A DNA stretch of 64,000 nucleotides from Fimbriimonadales bacterium (GTDB lineage Bacteria > Armatimonadota > Fimbriimonadia > Fimbriimonadales > ATM1). Positions 29,904 to 38,509 of this stretch are shown here, one piece after another (position 1 is the stretch's first letter; the number at the start of each line of letters is the position of its first letter). The stretch covers positions 32,001-96,000 of the forward strand of contig JBGTLG010000030.1 of the NCBI GenBank assembly GCA_041744215.1, read 5' to 3'. The notes beneath the pieces are model-generated. The model searched no databases, was not told the origin of the DNA, and was given only the letters and a program-made list of their open reading frames with translations. The translations under genes and the position numbers were made by a program.

Positions 29904-32024
29904 CTATCCGGAGAGCAGTTTGCCAAGCTGATTTATCCCAACGGCAGCCAGGTACGAGAGAGTCGTCATGTACGCAAACATGAAGACAGCCCACTTCCAA
30001 CTACCCGTTTCCCGTTTGGCGGTCGCCAGCGTCGCCATACATTGAGCACACAGCGCAAAGAACGCCATCAATCCCACAGCTGTCCATGGAGTCATCAGCT
30101 TGCGGCCGTCCGGCCATCTGGCCTGCTCCAGTGCGCCTCGTAAGTGAGCCGACTCTTCGTCGGCGTCGCCACCGACTGTGAATATGATCCCGAGCGTTGG
30201 AACAACAACTTCGCGCGCGGGGAAAGCCGCGAGAATCGCGGTCGAGATTCGCCAATCGAAACCGGCGGGAGCAAACACAGGTTCGATGAATTTTCCGAAC
30301 GTACCGAGATATGAGTTCTCCGTCTGTCTCTCTAGAACATAGTTCTCTTCCGAGACGGCCTCCTTCACACTTTGCGGGAGCGCCGCATACGCTGAGGTGT
30401 AAGCAGCTTCATCAGCATCTGATCGCGGAAAGTAAAGCAGCGCCCAAACAATCATTGACATAAACAGGATGATCGTCCCTGCAATTTTGAGAAACACTTT
30501 GCCTCGGAGGAACAGCGTGATCGCAACGTCCTTCCACTTCGGCCACTGGTAAGGAGGCAGTTCGAGGACGAAGGGCAACCGCTTACCTTTGATCACTCGT
30601 CGGTTCAGCACGAATACGATCGGTATCGCGATGAGCAGACCAAAAAAGTGCATCGCGAAAAGTGTAAAGCCTGCCCACCCAGCACCAAACCGGGGCTCGA
30701 TGAATGCGCCAATCAACAAAAGGTACACGGGCAACCTTGCAGAGCATGACATCAATGGCGAGACAAGAATCGTTGCAAGCCTGCTTCGCTGATCAGGCAT
30801 CACTCTTGCAGCCATGATGCCCGGGATAGCACAGGCAAAGCTCGAAAGAAGCGGAATGAATGCGCGCCCATTTAGGCCGCACCATCCGAGTAGTCTGTCC
30901 ATAAGAAACGCGGCGCGCGCCAAGTAGCCGCTACCCTCCAAGAGCGAGATTAACAGAAAAAGAATCAGAATCTGCGGAAGAAAAACGACGACGGATCCCA
31001 CTCCGGTGATGACGCCGTCAGTAACGAAAGACCGAAGCGTTTCGTTCGCAGCTAACATGGGGCCAACCCAATCGGAAAGTGCGGTGAACCCCGCTTCGAT
31101 CAGATCCATGAGCGGCGCTGCGAACGAGTAGATAGACTGGAAGATCAAGTACATGATCCCTACGAAGACACCGAGGCCGTAAACTCTGTGTGTCAATATA
31201 CGGTCTACTGAGTCGCTGCGCCGCCTTTTTCCGGCTTGCTCAGCAACAGCGTTTTGCCTTATCGTCTCGGCCCATCGATACCTTTCGGCTGCGTCAATCG
31301 CGTGAGCTCTCGAGGCAACTAGCAATTCGTGAGTTTCCGGAAAGTCGATCGATTCACGTGCCAGCTTTCCGTCTGGATCGTTGATTGCCTCCTCCAGTTG
31401 ACCAAGCGTGTAATCGTAACCGGCCCTTGCAAAGGAGTCTCGAAGGGCCACTAAACGCTCACGCAGGATGGTACTTGGGAGCGGCAGGTTTTGCAGAGAT
31501 TCGAAAATCGCGCTCTTGAGGTTGGTAACACCTTGCGACTTATGTCCAACCACTGGGACTACGGGCACGGATAGTGCGGTCGATAGGTAGTCGACGTCGA
31601 TCGTCGCACCCCCCTTTGACGCGATATCCGTCATAGTCAACGCGCAGACAATTGGAATCTTCAATTCTGCGAGCTGGCTAAACAAGAACAGATTTCGTTC
31701 CAAGTTGTTCGCGTCCATCACGTAGACGAGGAGATCCGGCGCGTCAGCTCCCGCTTGGATTCCCTGCACCACGTCGATCGCGACCTGCTCGTCCTCTGAA
31801 ATCGCGTCAGTGCTGTATAACCCGGGAACGTCAACTACGCGAAAGCGGGTTCCCTCGTGGGTGAAGGAGCCTTCGGTGCTTTCGACAGTGACACCGGGGT
31901 AATTGCCTACCTTTTGGAACGATCCCGTCAATGCGTTGAAGACAGTCGTCTTTCCCGCATTCGGGTTACCGACCAGTGCGACACGGGCGATTCGAGGTTC
32001 GGATGTCAGAGTTGATTCGACCAA
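29904..32024 (-). CDS. feoB: ferrous iron transporter FeoB
   Basis: 'GNPNAGKTT', 'GNYPGVTVE', 'DVPGLYS', gate 'PLMSCSARLPVY'. TTG start after GAGG is inferred. Confidence 0.96.
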   Translation of the reverse strand: MVESTLTSEPRIARVALVGNPNAGKTTVFNALTGSFQKVGNYPGVTVESTEGSFTHEGTRFRVVDVPGLYSTDAISEDEQVAIDVVQGIQAGADAPDLLVYVMDANNLERNLFLFSQLAELKIPIVCALTMTDIASKGGATIDVDYLSTALSVPVVPVVGHKSQGVTNLKSAIFESLQNLPLPSTILRERLVALRDSFARAGYDYTLGQLEEAINDPDGKLARESIDFPETHELLVASRAHAIDAAERYRWAETIRQNAVAEQAGKRRRSDSVDRILTHRVYGLGVFVGIMYLIFQSIYSFAAPLMDLIEAGFTALSDWVGPMLAANETLRSFVTDGVITGVGSVVVFLPQILILFLLISLLEGSGYLARAAFLMDRLLGWCGLNGRAFIPLLSSFACAIPGIMAARVMPDQRSRLATILVSPLMSCSARLPVYLLLIGAFIEPRFGAGWAGFTLFAMHFFGLLIAIPIVFVLNRRVIKGKRLPFVLELPPYQWPKWKDVAITLFLRGKVFLKIAGTIILFMSMIVWALLYFPRSDADEAAYTSAYAALPQSVKEAVSEENYVLERQTENSYLGTFGKFIEPVFAPAGFDWRISTAILAAFPAREVVVPTLGIIFTVGGDADEESAHLRGALEQARWPDGRKLMTPWTAVGLMAFFALCAQCMATLATAKRETGSWKWAVFMFAYMTTLSYLAAVGINQLGKLLSG

Positions 32025-32034
32025 CGAGCGAGCC

Positions 32035-32286
32035 TCAACCGAGAATTTCGACCATGATGCCCTCGGTCTCTTTTCTCCTAAGGCACAGGCGATAGCCGCG
32101 CAAAGCAATCTCGATCGGGTCGCCAAGTGGAGCAATCTTGACTACTTCGAACTCGACTCCCTCTGTCAACCCCATATCCTGGAGCCGGCGGATTTCCTGC
32201 GAATCGGTCAGCACGCTGACAACACGCGCGCACGATCCTTTTTTGACTGCGGCGAAGGGGAGATGGTTGGCGGTCAATGTGTCCAA
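32035..32286 (-). CDS. feoA: FeoA
   Basis: 'RRLQDMGL..G...APLGDP...LCLR'. Directly upstream of feoB. Start 32286 or 32295. Confidence 0.92.
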   Translation of the reverse strand: MDTLTANHLPFAAVKKGSCARVVSVLTDSQEIRRLQDMGLTEGVEFEVVKIAPLGDPIEIALRGYRLCLRRKETEGIMVEILG

Positions 32287-32613
32287 GAATGTCAAGTTAC
32301 CACAAAATCGACAGTTTTTGATGCGTCCAAATCTCGCTTTGGGTTGCTTAGAGGCGGACGGAGGCGCGGCCTCGGATGAGCGAGTTTAGGCACCGCCATA
32401 CGAGTAGTGGAGACGCTGCAATAATGAATGCTAAGGGCTCCTACGGGGCCTATGCCTCGATTCTCTGGAAGGCGTACGTGTTACGGCCTCAAGGTTCGAA
32501 TTCTGCGATAGGGAAAGACTCCATTGCCAAAACGTCTTCGCGAGCGAGTAAGCTTAACGGTTGGGCACCCTGGAAACTCATGGCTGGCCCGATCTAACGG
32601 AGAAGAGGACAAC

Positions 32614-34056
32614 ATGCATAACACACGAGTACTGGCTTTCGCGGGCCTGATAGCCTGCTTCGGATTTGGCTGCAATTCCGCCCCTTCGGTCCCTGCGAGC
32701 TTAGAGCCGAGCATGATCGCAGACTTCGCGAAGCCGGGGACAGTCGTCATTCAAACGACTTATAACGCGACGCTCTCAGTCCCCTCTGTTGGCTACAACG
32801 AGGCCAATCTTAACCGCTTAGGTGCACAGGTTCAGGCTGCCCTGAGCCAGGGGGCCGACCCCAACCAAATCTTGGACGCGGTCATCGAAGAGATGCTCAC
32901 GAACCTTGAGTCATATCTCGTGCCGACGCAGCCGTATCAGAGCGTCAACGCCCAGATAGACGGCGTAGGCTCGGGCTTCTTCGTCACGGAGGATGGCTAC
33001 GTCGTCACGAATGCCCACGTGGTCACAGACGACCCCGCGCAATTAAAAACTGCGCTGGCCCAAAACGCGCTGGCGCAACTGATCCAAAAGGACGTTGAGG
33101 ATTTCAACCGCGAACTGGGCGGGAGAGCGACCGAGCGACAGATCGAGTTGCTGAAGCAGGCCGCGGTGAACTTCTACGTGAAGTACATGCAGATAGGCGA
33201 CATCAGCCGCGCTGTGGCAGTTCACCTCGGCGCAAACGTCCCCGGGGTTGCATCCATGACTAAGCCCGTTTCAGCGGAAGTCCTGCAAAACGCGCTCGGA
33301 GAACCCATTCCTGGCAAAGACGTGGCGATCCTAAAGGTCAGCGGCCAGGATTTCCCTACTCTCGACATTGGTGACGACTCCTCACTCAACGTGGGAGACC
33401 AGATCTTCCCCTATGGCTACCCTGCCGACGCCACGTTCTTCCCCGCTTTCGACTCTTCAAGCATCAACGAGGCATCTCTCACGACCGGACTCGTCAGCTC
33501 AAGGAAGCAGATGCAAGGCGGTTGGGATGTGATCCAAACAGACGCAGCCATCCGAGGCGGAAACAGCGGGGGGCCCGTTTTTGATAAGAAAGGAAAGGTC
33601 ATCGGACTGTCGACTTTCGGGCTTATCGATCAATCCAGCGGTGCTGCTGCCCAAGGCGCAAACTTCGTCGTCCCAATGACCGTCGTAAAGGAGTTCCTTC
33701 AACGAGCGAACGTGACTCCCAAAGAGAGTACGACGAGCGTACTTTGGCGTGAAGCAGTCCTCCTTCGGGCCGAGGATCGTCACAGTGAAGCAGTGAAACG
33801 TCTCCAGCAGATGGAGGCCCTGAAGCCTGGAATGCCCGCAGTTCAAGCGAGACTCCAACAGTCGCAGAAAGCGATCCTTGAGGGCGGAGATAAGAGCGGG
33901 TCGCCGATGCTCCTCATCGTGGCCATTGTGGGAGGCGCAGCTCTCTTGCTCATCGTCCTCGTCTTCGCGATGAAGGCCAAGGGTGGGAAACCGACGCCTC
34001 CAGGCCCCACTCCCCCGCAGGTTCCGGGTGGACAGAACCCACAGCTCCCGCAGTAA
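32614..34056 (+). CDS. trypsin-like (S1C/HtrA-type, no PDZ) protease, lipoprotein with C-terminal TM
   Basis: 'GFGC' lipobox, 'VTNAHV', 'DVAILK', 'GNSGGP'. C-terminal hydrophobic helix and Pro-rich tail. Confidence 0.88.
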   Translation: MHNTRVLAFAGLIACFGFGCNSAPSVPASLEPSMIADFAKPGTVVIQTTYNATLSVPSVGYNEANLNRLGAQVQAALSQGADPNQILDAVIEEMLTNLESYLVPTQPYQSVNAQIDGVGSGFFVTEDGYVVTNAHVVTDDPAQLKTALAQNALAQLIQKDVEDFNRELGGRATERQIELLKQAAVNFYVKYMQIGDISRAVAVHLGANVPGVASMTKPVSAEVLQNALGEPIPGKDVAILKVSGQDFPTLDIGDDSSLNVGDQIFPYGYPADATFFPAFDSSSINEASLTTGLVSSRKQMQGGWDVIQTDAAIRGGNSGGPVFDKKGKVIGLSTFGLIDQSSGAAAQGANFVVPMTVVKEFLQRANVTPKESTTSVLWREAVLLRAEDRHSEAVKRLQQMEALKPGMPAVQARLQQSQKAILEGGDKSGSPMLLIVAIVGGAALLLIVLVFAMKAKGGKPTPPGPTPPQVPGGQNPQLPQ

Positions 34057-34085
34057 GTCCACCGGCCCGGAAGGAGGACTGGAGC

Positions 34086-34125
34086 TTCGACAGGCTCAGC
34101 GGCACGACCCGCTGGGCCTGTCGAA
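34086..34125. repeat. REP-like palindrome TTCGACAGGCTCAGCGG-N6-CCGCTGGGCCTGTCGAA
   Basis: 17-bp arms with one G-T wobble and a 6-nt loop. Confidence 0.75.
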
Positions 34126-34166
34126 CTTAGCGCGGGCGCTCACACCAGCCGCTGCAGCCCGGCTTC

Positions 34167-34327
34167 GAGCGGCTCCGTACGTGTACAGCGTGGCTTCGTA
34201 CATGTACAGAGTGGCTTCGTACATGTACAGAGCGGCTTCGCACATGTACAGAGCGGCTTCGTACATGTACTGAACGGCTTCGTACACGTACTGAACGGCT
34301 TCGTACACGTACTGTGCGGTTCCGTAC
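34167..34327 (+). repeat. 21-bp tandem array, consensus ATGTACAGAGCGGCTTCGTAC (~7.7 units)
   Basis: Units start at 34181, 34202, 34223, 34244, 34265, 34286 and 34307, plus a partial at 34167. Confidence 0.95.
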
Positions 34328-34395
34328 GCCCCCCAAGGCTGGTGCGCGTCCGGGTTACAGTGGCCCAGGAGGGGCGTACGAGCGAGGGGGATCCG

Positions 34396-34743
34396 TCAGC
34401 GGGCCTCGATAACTGCGTCGGGAGGGTCACATCCGATCGTCATCAATCCGCCGGCATGAGGCACCAGGACATCCATCTCAAGCTGTTGACCGTTCATCTC
34501 CCCGCGGAGCCTCTTCCAACCTGGCGAGGTCCAGACGATCCGGGCATCCATCATCAGTCGGCTGCCGCCAAGCTTCGCCTTTCGCAACTTGCAGCCCTCT
34601 TTCACGTAGAAGTCGACCCGGACTTTGCCGGGGTGCAAAAAGGGCGCAAAAGGGTACACAAACGCGAGTCCTGCAACAACCAGGACCGCGGCGATCAAAG
34701 TCATTAGGAACCAAAACTGCCACTTCGGACGTGCGTTCTTCAC
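34396..34743 (-). CDS. hypothetical membrane-anchored protein
   Basis: GTGA overlap with smpB stop. N-terminal TM. Confidence 0.55.
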   Translation of the reverse strand: MKNARPKWQFWFLMTLIAAVLVVAGLAFVYPFAPFLHPGKVRVDFYVKEGCKLRKAKLGGSRLMMDARIVWTSPGWKRLRGEMNGQQLEMDVLVPHAGGLMTIGCDPPDAVIEAR

Positions 34744-35207
34744 TTCTCTTTGCGCTCCATCTCCCGGCGTTCATCCTTCTTCGCGATCGACTCCCGCTTA
34801 TCGTACGACTTCTTTCCTCGCCCAACGGAAACCTCAACCTTCGCGCGCCCATTTCGAAAGTAAAGCTTGGTGGGAATGAGTGAAAACCCGCGCTCTTCAC
34901 CCTTCCTACGGAGCGCGTCGATCTCGCGCCTCTTCATAAGCAGTTTCCGGGGCCGGCGACGTTCGACTTGATACGACGTCGCCATGGCGTAGGGGGCGAC
35001 ATCCATGTCGATGAGCCAGAGTTCCCTTTCGCGGACAGTGCAATACGCACCCACCAGGCTAACATCGCCTGCGAGAATGCTCTTGACCTCGGATCCAACC
35101 AAGACGATGCCCGCTTCGTGTGAATCTAGGATCTCGTATTCGTGGCGCGCCTTACGGTTGTGAATCGTCGGAGGCCCAGGCGAACGTGTGCCTTTTGACT
35201 TCGACAT
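34740..35207 (-). CDS. smpB: SsrA-binding protein
   Basis: 'NRKARHEY', 'EAGIVLVGSEVKS', 'GKKSYDKRE'. Confidence 0.97.
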   Translation of the reverse strand: MSKSKGTRSPGPPTIHNRKARHEYEILDSHEAGIVLVGSEVKSILAGDVSLVGAYCTVRERELWLIDMDVAPYAMATSYQVERRRPRKLLMKRREIDALRRKGEERGFSLIPTKLYFRNGRAKVEVSVGRGKKSYDKRESIAKKDERREMERKEK

Positions 35208-35246
35208 GACCCGTCTAGAGGTTACCTCCGGGGTACGATTCTCATC

Positions 35247-35804
35247 ATGAGGCCGATGATCCTGATTGCCGCCCTTGCCGCGCTCCTGACGGCCTGCAGC
35301 CGACCAGTGCCGTATCTTGTGAAGGGTGAGGAGATCGCCGCACAACTGCACTCGCGGATGAAGGACTTGGATCGCACCAAGAAGCCGCCGCCCCCACTTC
35401 TGCCTGTTCCTCCGGCTAAGTCAACATTCGATGCTCAAGTTGTTGCTCGTGAGTCAGCAAACATCAAGGAGCTGGTGATCAAAGACCAAGTGCTCGGAAC
35501 CGGTCCCGTGGCGGTCGATGGCAAGTACGTAACCGTTCACTATGTCGGCACGCTGCCTGACGGGTTCATGTTCGACACATCGTTTGCGACCGGACGTGAA
35601 CCGTTTACGTTCCTGCTTGGCACGGGTGCGGTGATTCAGGGTTGGCATCAAGGATTGCGAGGGATGAGGGTCGGGGGTACTCGCCGCCTGGTGATTCCAG
35701 CGAATCTCGCGTATGGAGCCCAAACGAATGATCCAGACCGAATTCCGGCAAATGCGGCTCTAATCTTCGATATCCACCTCCTGTTCGTTGGAGCGCACCC
35801 ATAA
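35247..35804 (+). CDS. FKBP-type peptidyl-prolyl isomerase (lipoprotein)
   Basis: 'LTAC' lipobox, 'VHYVGTL..FDTS', 'VIQGW', 'LAYG'. Confidence 0.93.
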   Translation: MRPMILIAALAALLTACSRPVPYLVKGEEIAAQLHSRMKDLDRTKKPPPPLLPVPPAKSTFDAQVVARESANIKELVIKDQVLGTGPVAVDGKYVTVHYVGTLPDGFMFDTSFATGREPFTFLLGTGAVIQGWHQGLRGMRVGGTRRLVIPANLAYGAQTNDPDRIPANAALIFDIHLLFVGAHP

Positions 35805-35805
35805 G

Positions 35806-36507
35806 ATGCTTCGCATCTCCGATCTGCACGTTTATTACGGAAACATCCACGCCCTCCAGGGACTTGATATTGAAGTCAATCAAGGTGAAATCGTCTCGAT
35901 TATTGGGTCGAACGGAGCAGGCAAGAGCACTTTGTTGCGCACGATTTCAGGTTTGCTCCGTCCACGCCAGGGCTCCGTAAGCTACTGCGACGAAGCCATT
36001 CACACGCTCGCCCCGCACGAAATCGTTAGACGCGGGATCGTACACTCACCTGAGGGGAGGAAGATTTTCACTAACATGTCCGTCGGTGAAAATCTCAAGC
36101 TCGGCTCATACCTTCGCAGGGACACTGATGTTGCCTCCGACGTTGAGCACGTTCTCCAGCGATTTCCAAGGCTAAAAGAGCGCATCAAGCAAAACGGCGG
36201 CACACTAAGTGGTGGCGAGCAGCAGATGCTCGCTATCGGACGTGCCCTTATGGCGAAGCCCCGAGTACTGCTTCTCGACGAGCCGAGCCTCGGCCTGGCC
36301 CCAAATCTTGTATCAGAAATCTTTAGAATCGTGAAACTCATCAATGACGACGGGGTCACCGTTCTACTCGTGGAACAGAACGCCAATCGTGCGCTCGAGT
36401 TAGCTCACCGAGCCTATGTGCTTGAAACCGGCTCGATCGTCCTCCAAGACACCGGCGCAGCGCTGCTTGCCAACCCGAAAGTGAAGGAGGCCTACCTCGG
36501 CGCGTAG
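35806..36507 (+). CDS. livF: branched-chain amino acid ABC ATPase
   Basis: 'GSNGAGKS', 'LSGGEQQMLAIGRALM', 'LDEPSLGLAP', 'VKEAYLG'. Confidence 0.9.
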   Translation: MLRISDLHVYYGNIHALQGLDIEVNQGEIVSIIGSNGAGKSTLLRTISGLLRPRQGSVSYCDEAIHTLAPHEIVRRGIVHSPEGRKIFTNMSVGENLKLGSYLRRDTDVASDVEHVLQRFPRLKERIKQNGGTLSGGEQQMLAIGRALMAKPRVLLLDEPSLGLAPNLVSEIFRIVKLINDDGVTVLLVEQNANRALELAHRAYVLETGSIVLQDTGAALLANPKVKEAYLGA

Positions 36508-36510
36508 CGG

Positions 36511-36978
36511 ATGGCCAGGGTTACCGTTTCCGAGATGACGAAAGAGCACGTGCCTGCCGTGCTTGCGATCGAAGCAAAGTGTAATCCTGCTCCGTGGAGT
36601 GAGGCCTCGTTCCGCTCTGAGCTAGGCAATCCGCAGGCACACTACACCGTCGCTCTAGCCGGATCCAAACTGGTTGGCTACTGCGGTTGTTGGGACGTCA
36701 TTGACGAGGTGCATGTAACCAATATCGGCGTGGATCCAGACTTCCGAAGACAGGGTGCGGGCAGGCTGCTCATGACGCACATGCTCGCAGTCGCGGTTGA
36801 CAGAGGGATGCGATGCTCAACGCTAGAGGTCCGCGAAGGAAACGCGGCGGCGATCCTGCTCTACGAAGCGCTTGGTTATGAAAAGTGCGCGATTCGAAGG
36901 GGCTACTACCCGAATGATCGCGAAAATGCCGTTGTGATGTGGCTCTATGACCTCAGGAGCAGGACATGGAGTACGTAG
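36511..36978 (+). CDS. rimI: ribosomal-protein-alanine N-acetyltransferase
   Basis: GNAT 'RRQGAG', 'LEVREGN', 'RRGYY'. Upstream of tsaD. Confidence 0.9.
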   Translation: MARVTVSEMTKEHVPAVLAIEAKCNPAPWSEASFRSELGNPQAHYTVALAGSKLVGYCGCWDVIDEVHVTNIGVDPDFRRQGAGRLLMTHMLAVAVDRGMRCSTLEVREGNAAAILLYEALGYEKCAIRRGYYPNDRENAVVMWLYDLRSRTWST

Positions 36979-37982
36979 CTGGCCCGGTGCTTGGCATAGA
37001 GACAAGCTGTGATGACACGTCAGCCGCCATCGTTGTCGGGAAGAGGATTCTCTCCAACGTCGTCTCCTCTCAGGCGGATCTCCAGAAGAAGTGGGGCGGA
37101 ATTGTGCCCGAGGCCGCAGCGCGTAGCCATACCGAAGCAATGCTGCCGGCCATCTCGGAAGCGCTGCGCGGCAGTGCCGTCGGTCTCACCGATCTGACTG
37201 GAATCGCCGTCACAAACAGGCCTGGCCTAGTAGGAGCACTGAGCGTCGGGGTCACCACGGCCAAGGCGCTATCTCTTGCGCTTGGGATCCCGCTCGTAGG
37301 GGTTCATCACCTTGAGAGCCACACACTTTCTCCACTCATCGAGTCGGATGTCCCATTCCCTCACGTTTGTCTGTTAGTGTCGGGCGGGCATACCGAGTTG
37401 ATTCTCGTGAAACGCCCTGGCGTGTACTCCAAACTTGGCGGGACGATCGATGACGCTGCGGGGGAGGCATTCGACAAGGCTGCCAGAACGCTCGGGCTCG
37501 GTTACCCGGGCGGTCCCGCGATCCAGGAGACTGGCGCCGCGGGAGACGCGAAGCGCTATTCCCTGCCCCGAGGCTTGAAGGACCCGTCTTTCAATTTCAG
37601 CTTCTCCGGCTTGAAGACGGCAGTGATGCTCCTGGCCGAGCGCGAAGGTGAGGCACTCGACCGCCCGTCAGCTGCGGCCTCGTTCGAGGCGACCGTTGCA
37701 GAAGTCCTGTCACATCGCGCAATTTTTGCGTGCCGCGAAACGGGGGCGAGAGCCGTCACTTTAGTGGGCGGTGTCGCGGCGAATCTACGTCTTCGCGCGA
37801 CTCTCGCGCGAGCAGCAAGCGAGGCGAGAGTTGACTTTTTCGTTCCAGGAGCATCACTATGCACAGACAATGCGGCGATGGTCGCCCACGTCGGTGCTTG
37901 GCGACTCAGTACGAGCAGAGGCGATGACTTTGATCTGGACACCGAAGCGGTAAGCTCTTTGCCAACAGGAGAAGCTATATGA
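36966..37982 (+). CDS. tsaD: tRNA N6-threonylcarbamoyladenosine transferase
   Basis: 'LGIETSCDDT', 'HHLESH', 'SGGHT', 'DDAAGEAFDK', 'CTDNAAM'. Confidence 0.97.
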   Translation: MEYVAGPVLGIETSCDDTSAAIVVGKRILSNVVSSQADLQKKWGGIVPEAAARSHTEAMLPAISEALRGSAVGLTDLTGIAVTNRPGLVGALSVGVTTAKALSLALGIPLVGVHHLESHTLSPLIESDVPFPHVCLLVSGGHTELILVKRPGVYSKLGGTIDDAAGEAFDKAARTLGLGYPGGPAIQETGAAGDAKRYSLPRGLKDPSFNFSFSGLKTAVMLLAEREGEALDRPSAAASFEATVAEVLSHRAIFACRETGARAVTLVGGVAANLRLRATLARAASEARVDFFVPGASLCTDNAAMVAHVGAWRLSTSRGDDFDLDTEAVSSLPTGEAI

Positions 37983-38509
37983 GTGAGTCAACCGAATCTA
38001 AGTCACCAGGAATGGATCCGCGCGTGCTCGGCGTTTGGGCCGCTATCGCCATAGTAATCTTTGCTCTTCTTTGGCTGATGTTCTCATTCCGAGCGCTGAG
38101 CGGTGAGTTGGCCCAGCAGAAGGATGCACACGCCGTAGCATTAAAAGCCGAGCAAGAGGCTGCCGCAGCCGCTCTCGACGCGGACCGGCGTGCCGGGACC
38201 GCAAGGCTGGCTGAAGGTATGGGCACGGTGTTCGCGCCTCTTATCCTCAACAACCCGGATGGCGGCGCGACGCTCAAGCTGGTCTGCGAGTCCTTGGCCA
38301 GCTCGAGAACGGTGGAACTCGTTATCGTCACCGACACCGACGGAAAAGTCTTAGCGACGAGCAACGCTTCATTCGCAGATCGAAGTTTCCCTGAGATGTC
38401 GTCGCAGGGGACAGCCGAAGTGAAGGAAGATGATGGCTGGCTCGTTACCCGGCCCGTGACGTTCAACAACAACCGAATCGGGGCGATCAGGATCAAAGTC
38501 AAGTACTAA
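37979..38509 (+). CDS. membrane-anchored hypothetical protein (Cache/PAS-like C-terminus)
   Basis: ATGA overlap with tsaD. TM, coiled coil, 'IVTDTDGKVLATS'. Confidence 0.65.
   Translation: MSESTESKSPGMDPRVLGVWAAIAIVIFALLWLMFSFRALSGELAQQKDAHAVALKAEQEAAAAALDADRRAGTARLAEGMGTVFAPLILNNPDGGATLKLVCESLASSRTVELVIVTDTDGKVLATSNASFADRSFPEMSSQGTAEVKEDDGWLVTRPVTFNNNRIGAIRIKVKY

Noticed and set aside
32296-32613. Fur/DtxR box upstream of feoA
   Set aside because: No convincing AT-rich 19-bp palindrome was found by eye.
34167-34327. 21-bp arrays (also 55.6-55.8 kb and 60.9-61.1 kb) as CRISPR arrays
   Set aside because: Units are directly tandem with no 26-45-nt unique spacers, and no cas genes are in the window.
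34096-34430. Heptad-repeat ORFs over the arrays (MYEAALY.., CTKPLCT.., TPHPRND..), also 55538-55950 and 60740-61113
   Set aside because: Most frames on both strands are open simply because the unit lacks stop codons, and there is no SD or conserved non-repeat coding flank. Translation is not excluded but is unsupported.
34740-35351. Longer smpB start or adjacent tmRNA
   Set aside because: The extension overlaps the FKBP gene, and no ssrA-like ends were seen.
37975-38502. Long antisense ORFs (also 14408-15427, 19355-20071, 54192-54803, 58140-58985, 61091-62164)
   Set aside because: They are opposite-strand or alternate-frame shadows of well-supported genes in GC-rich DNA.
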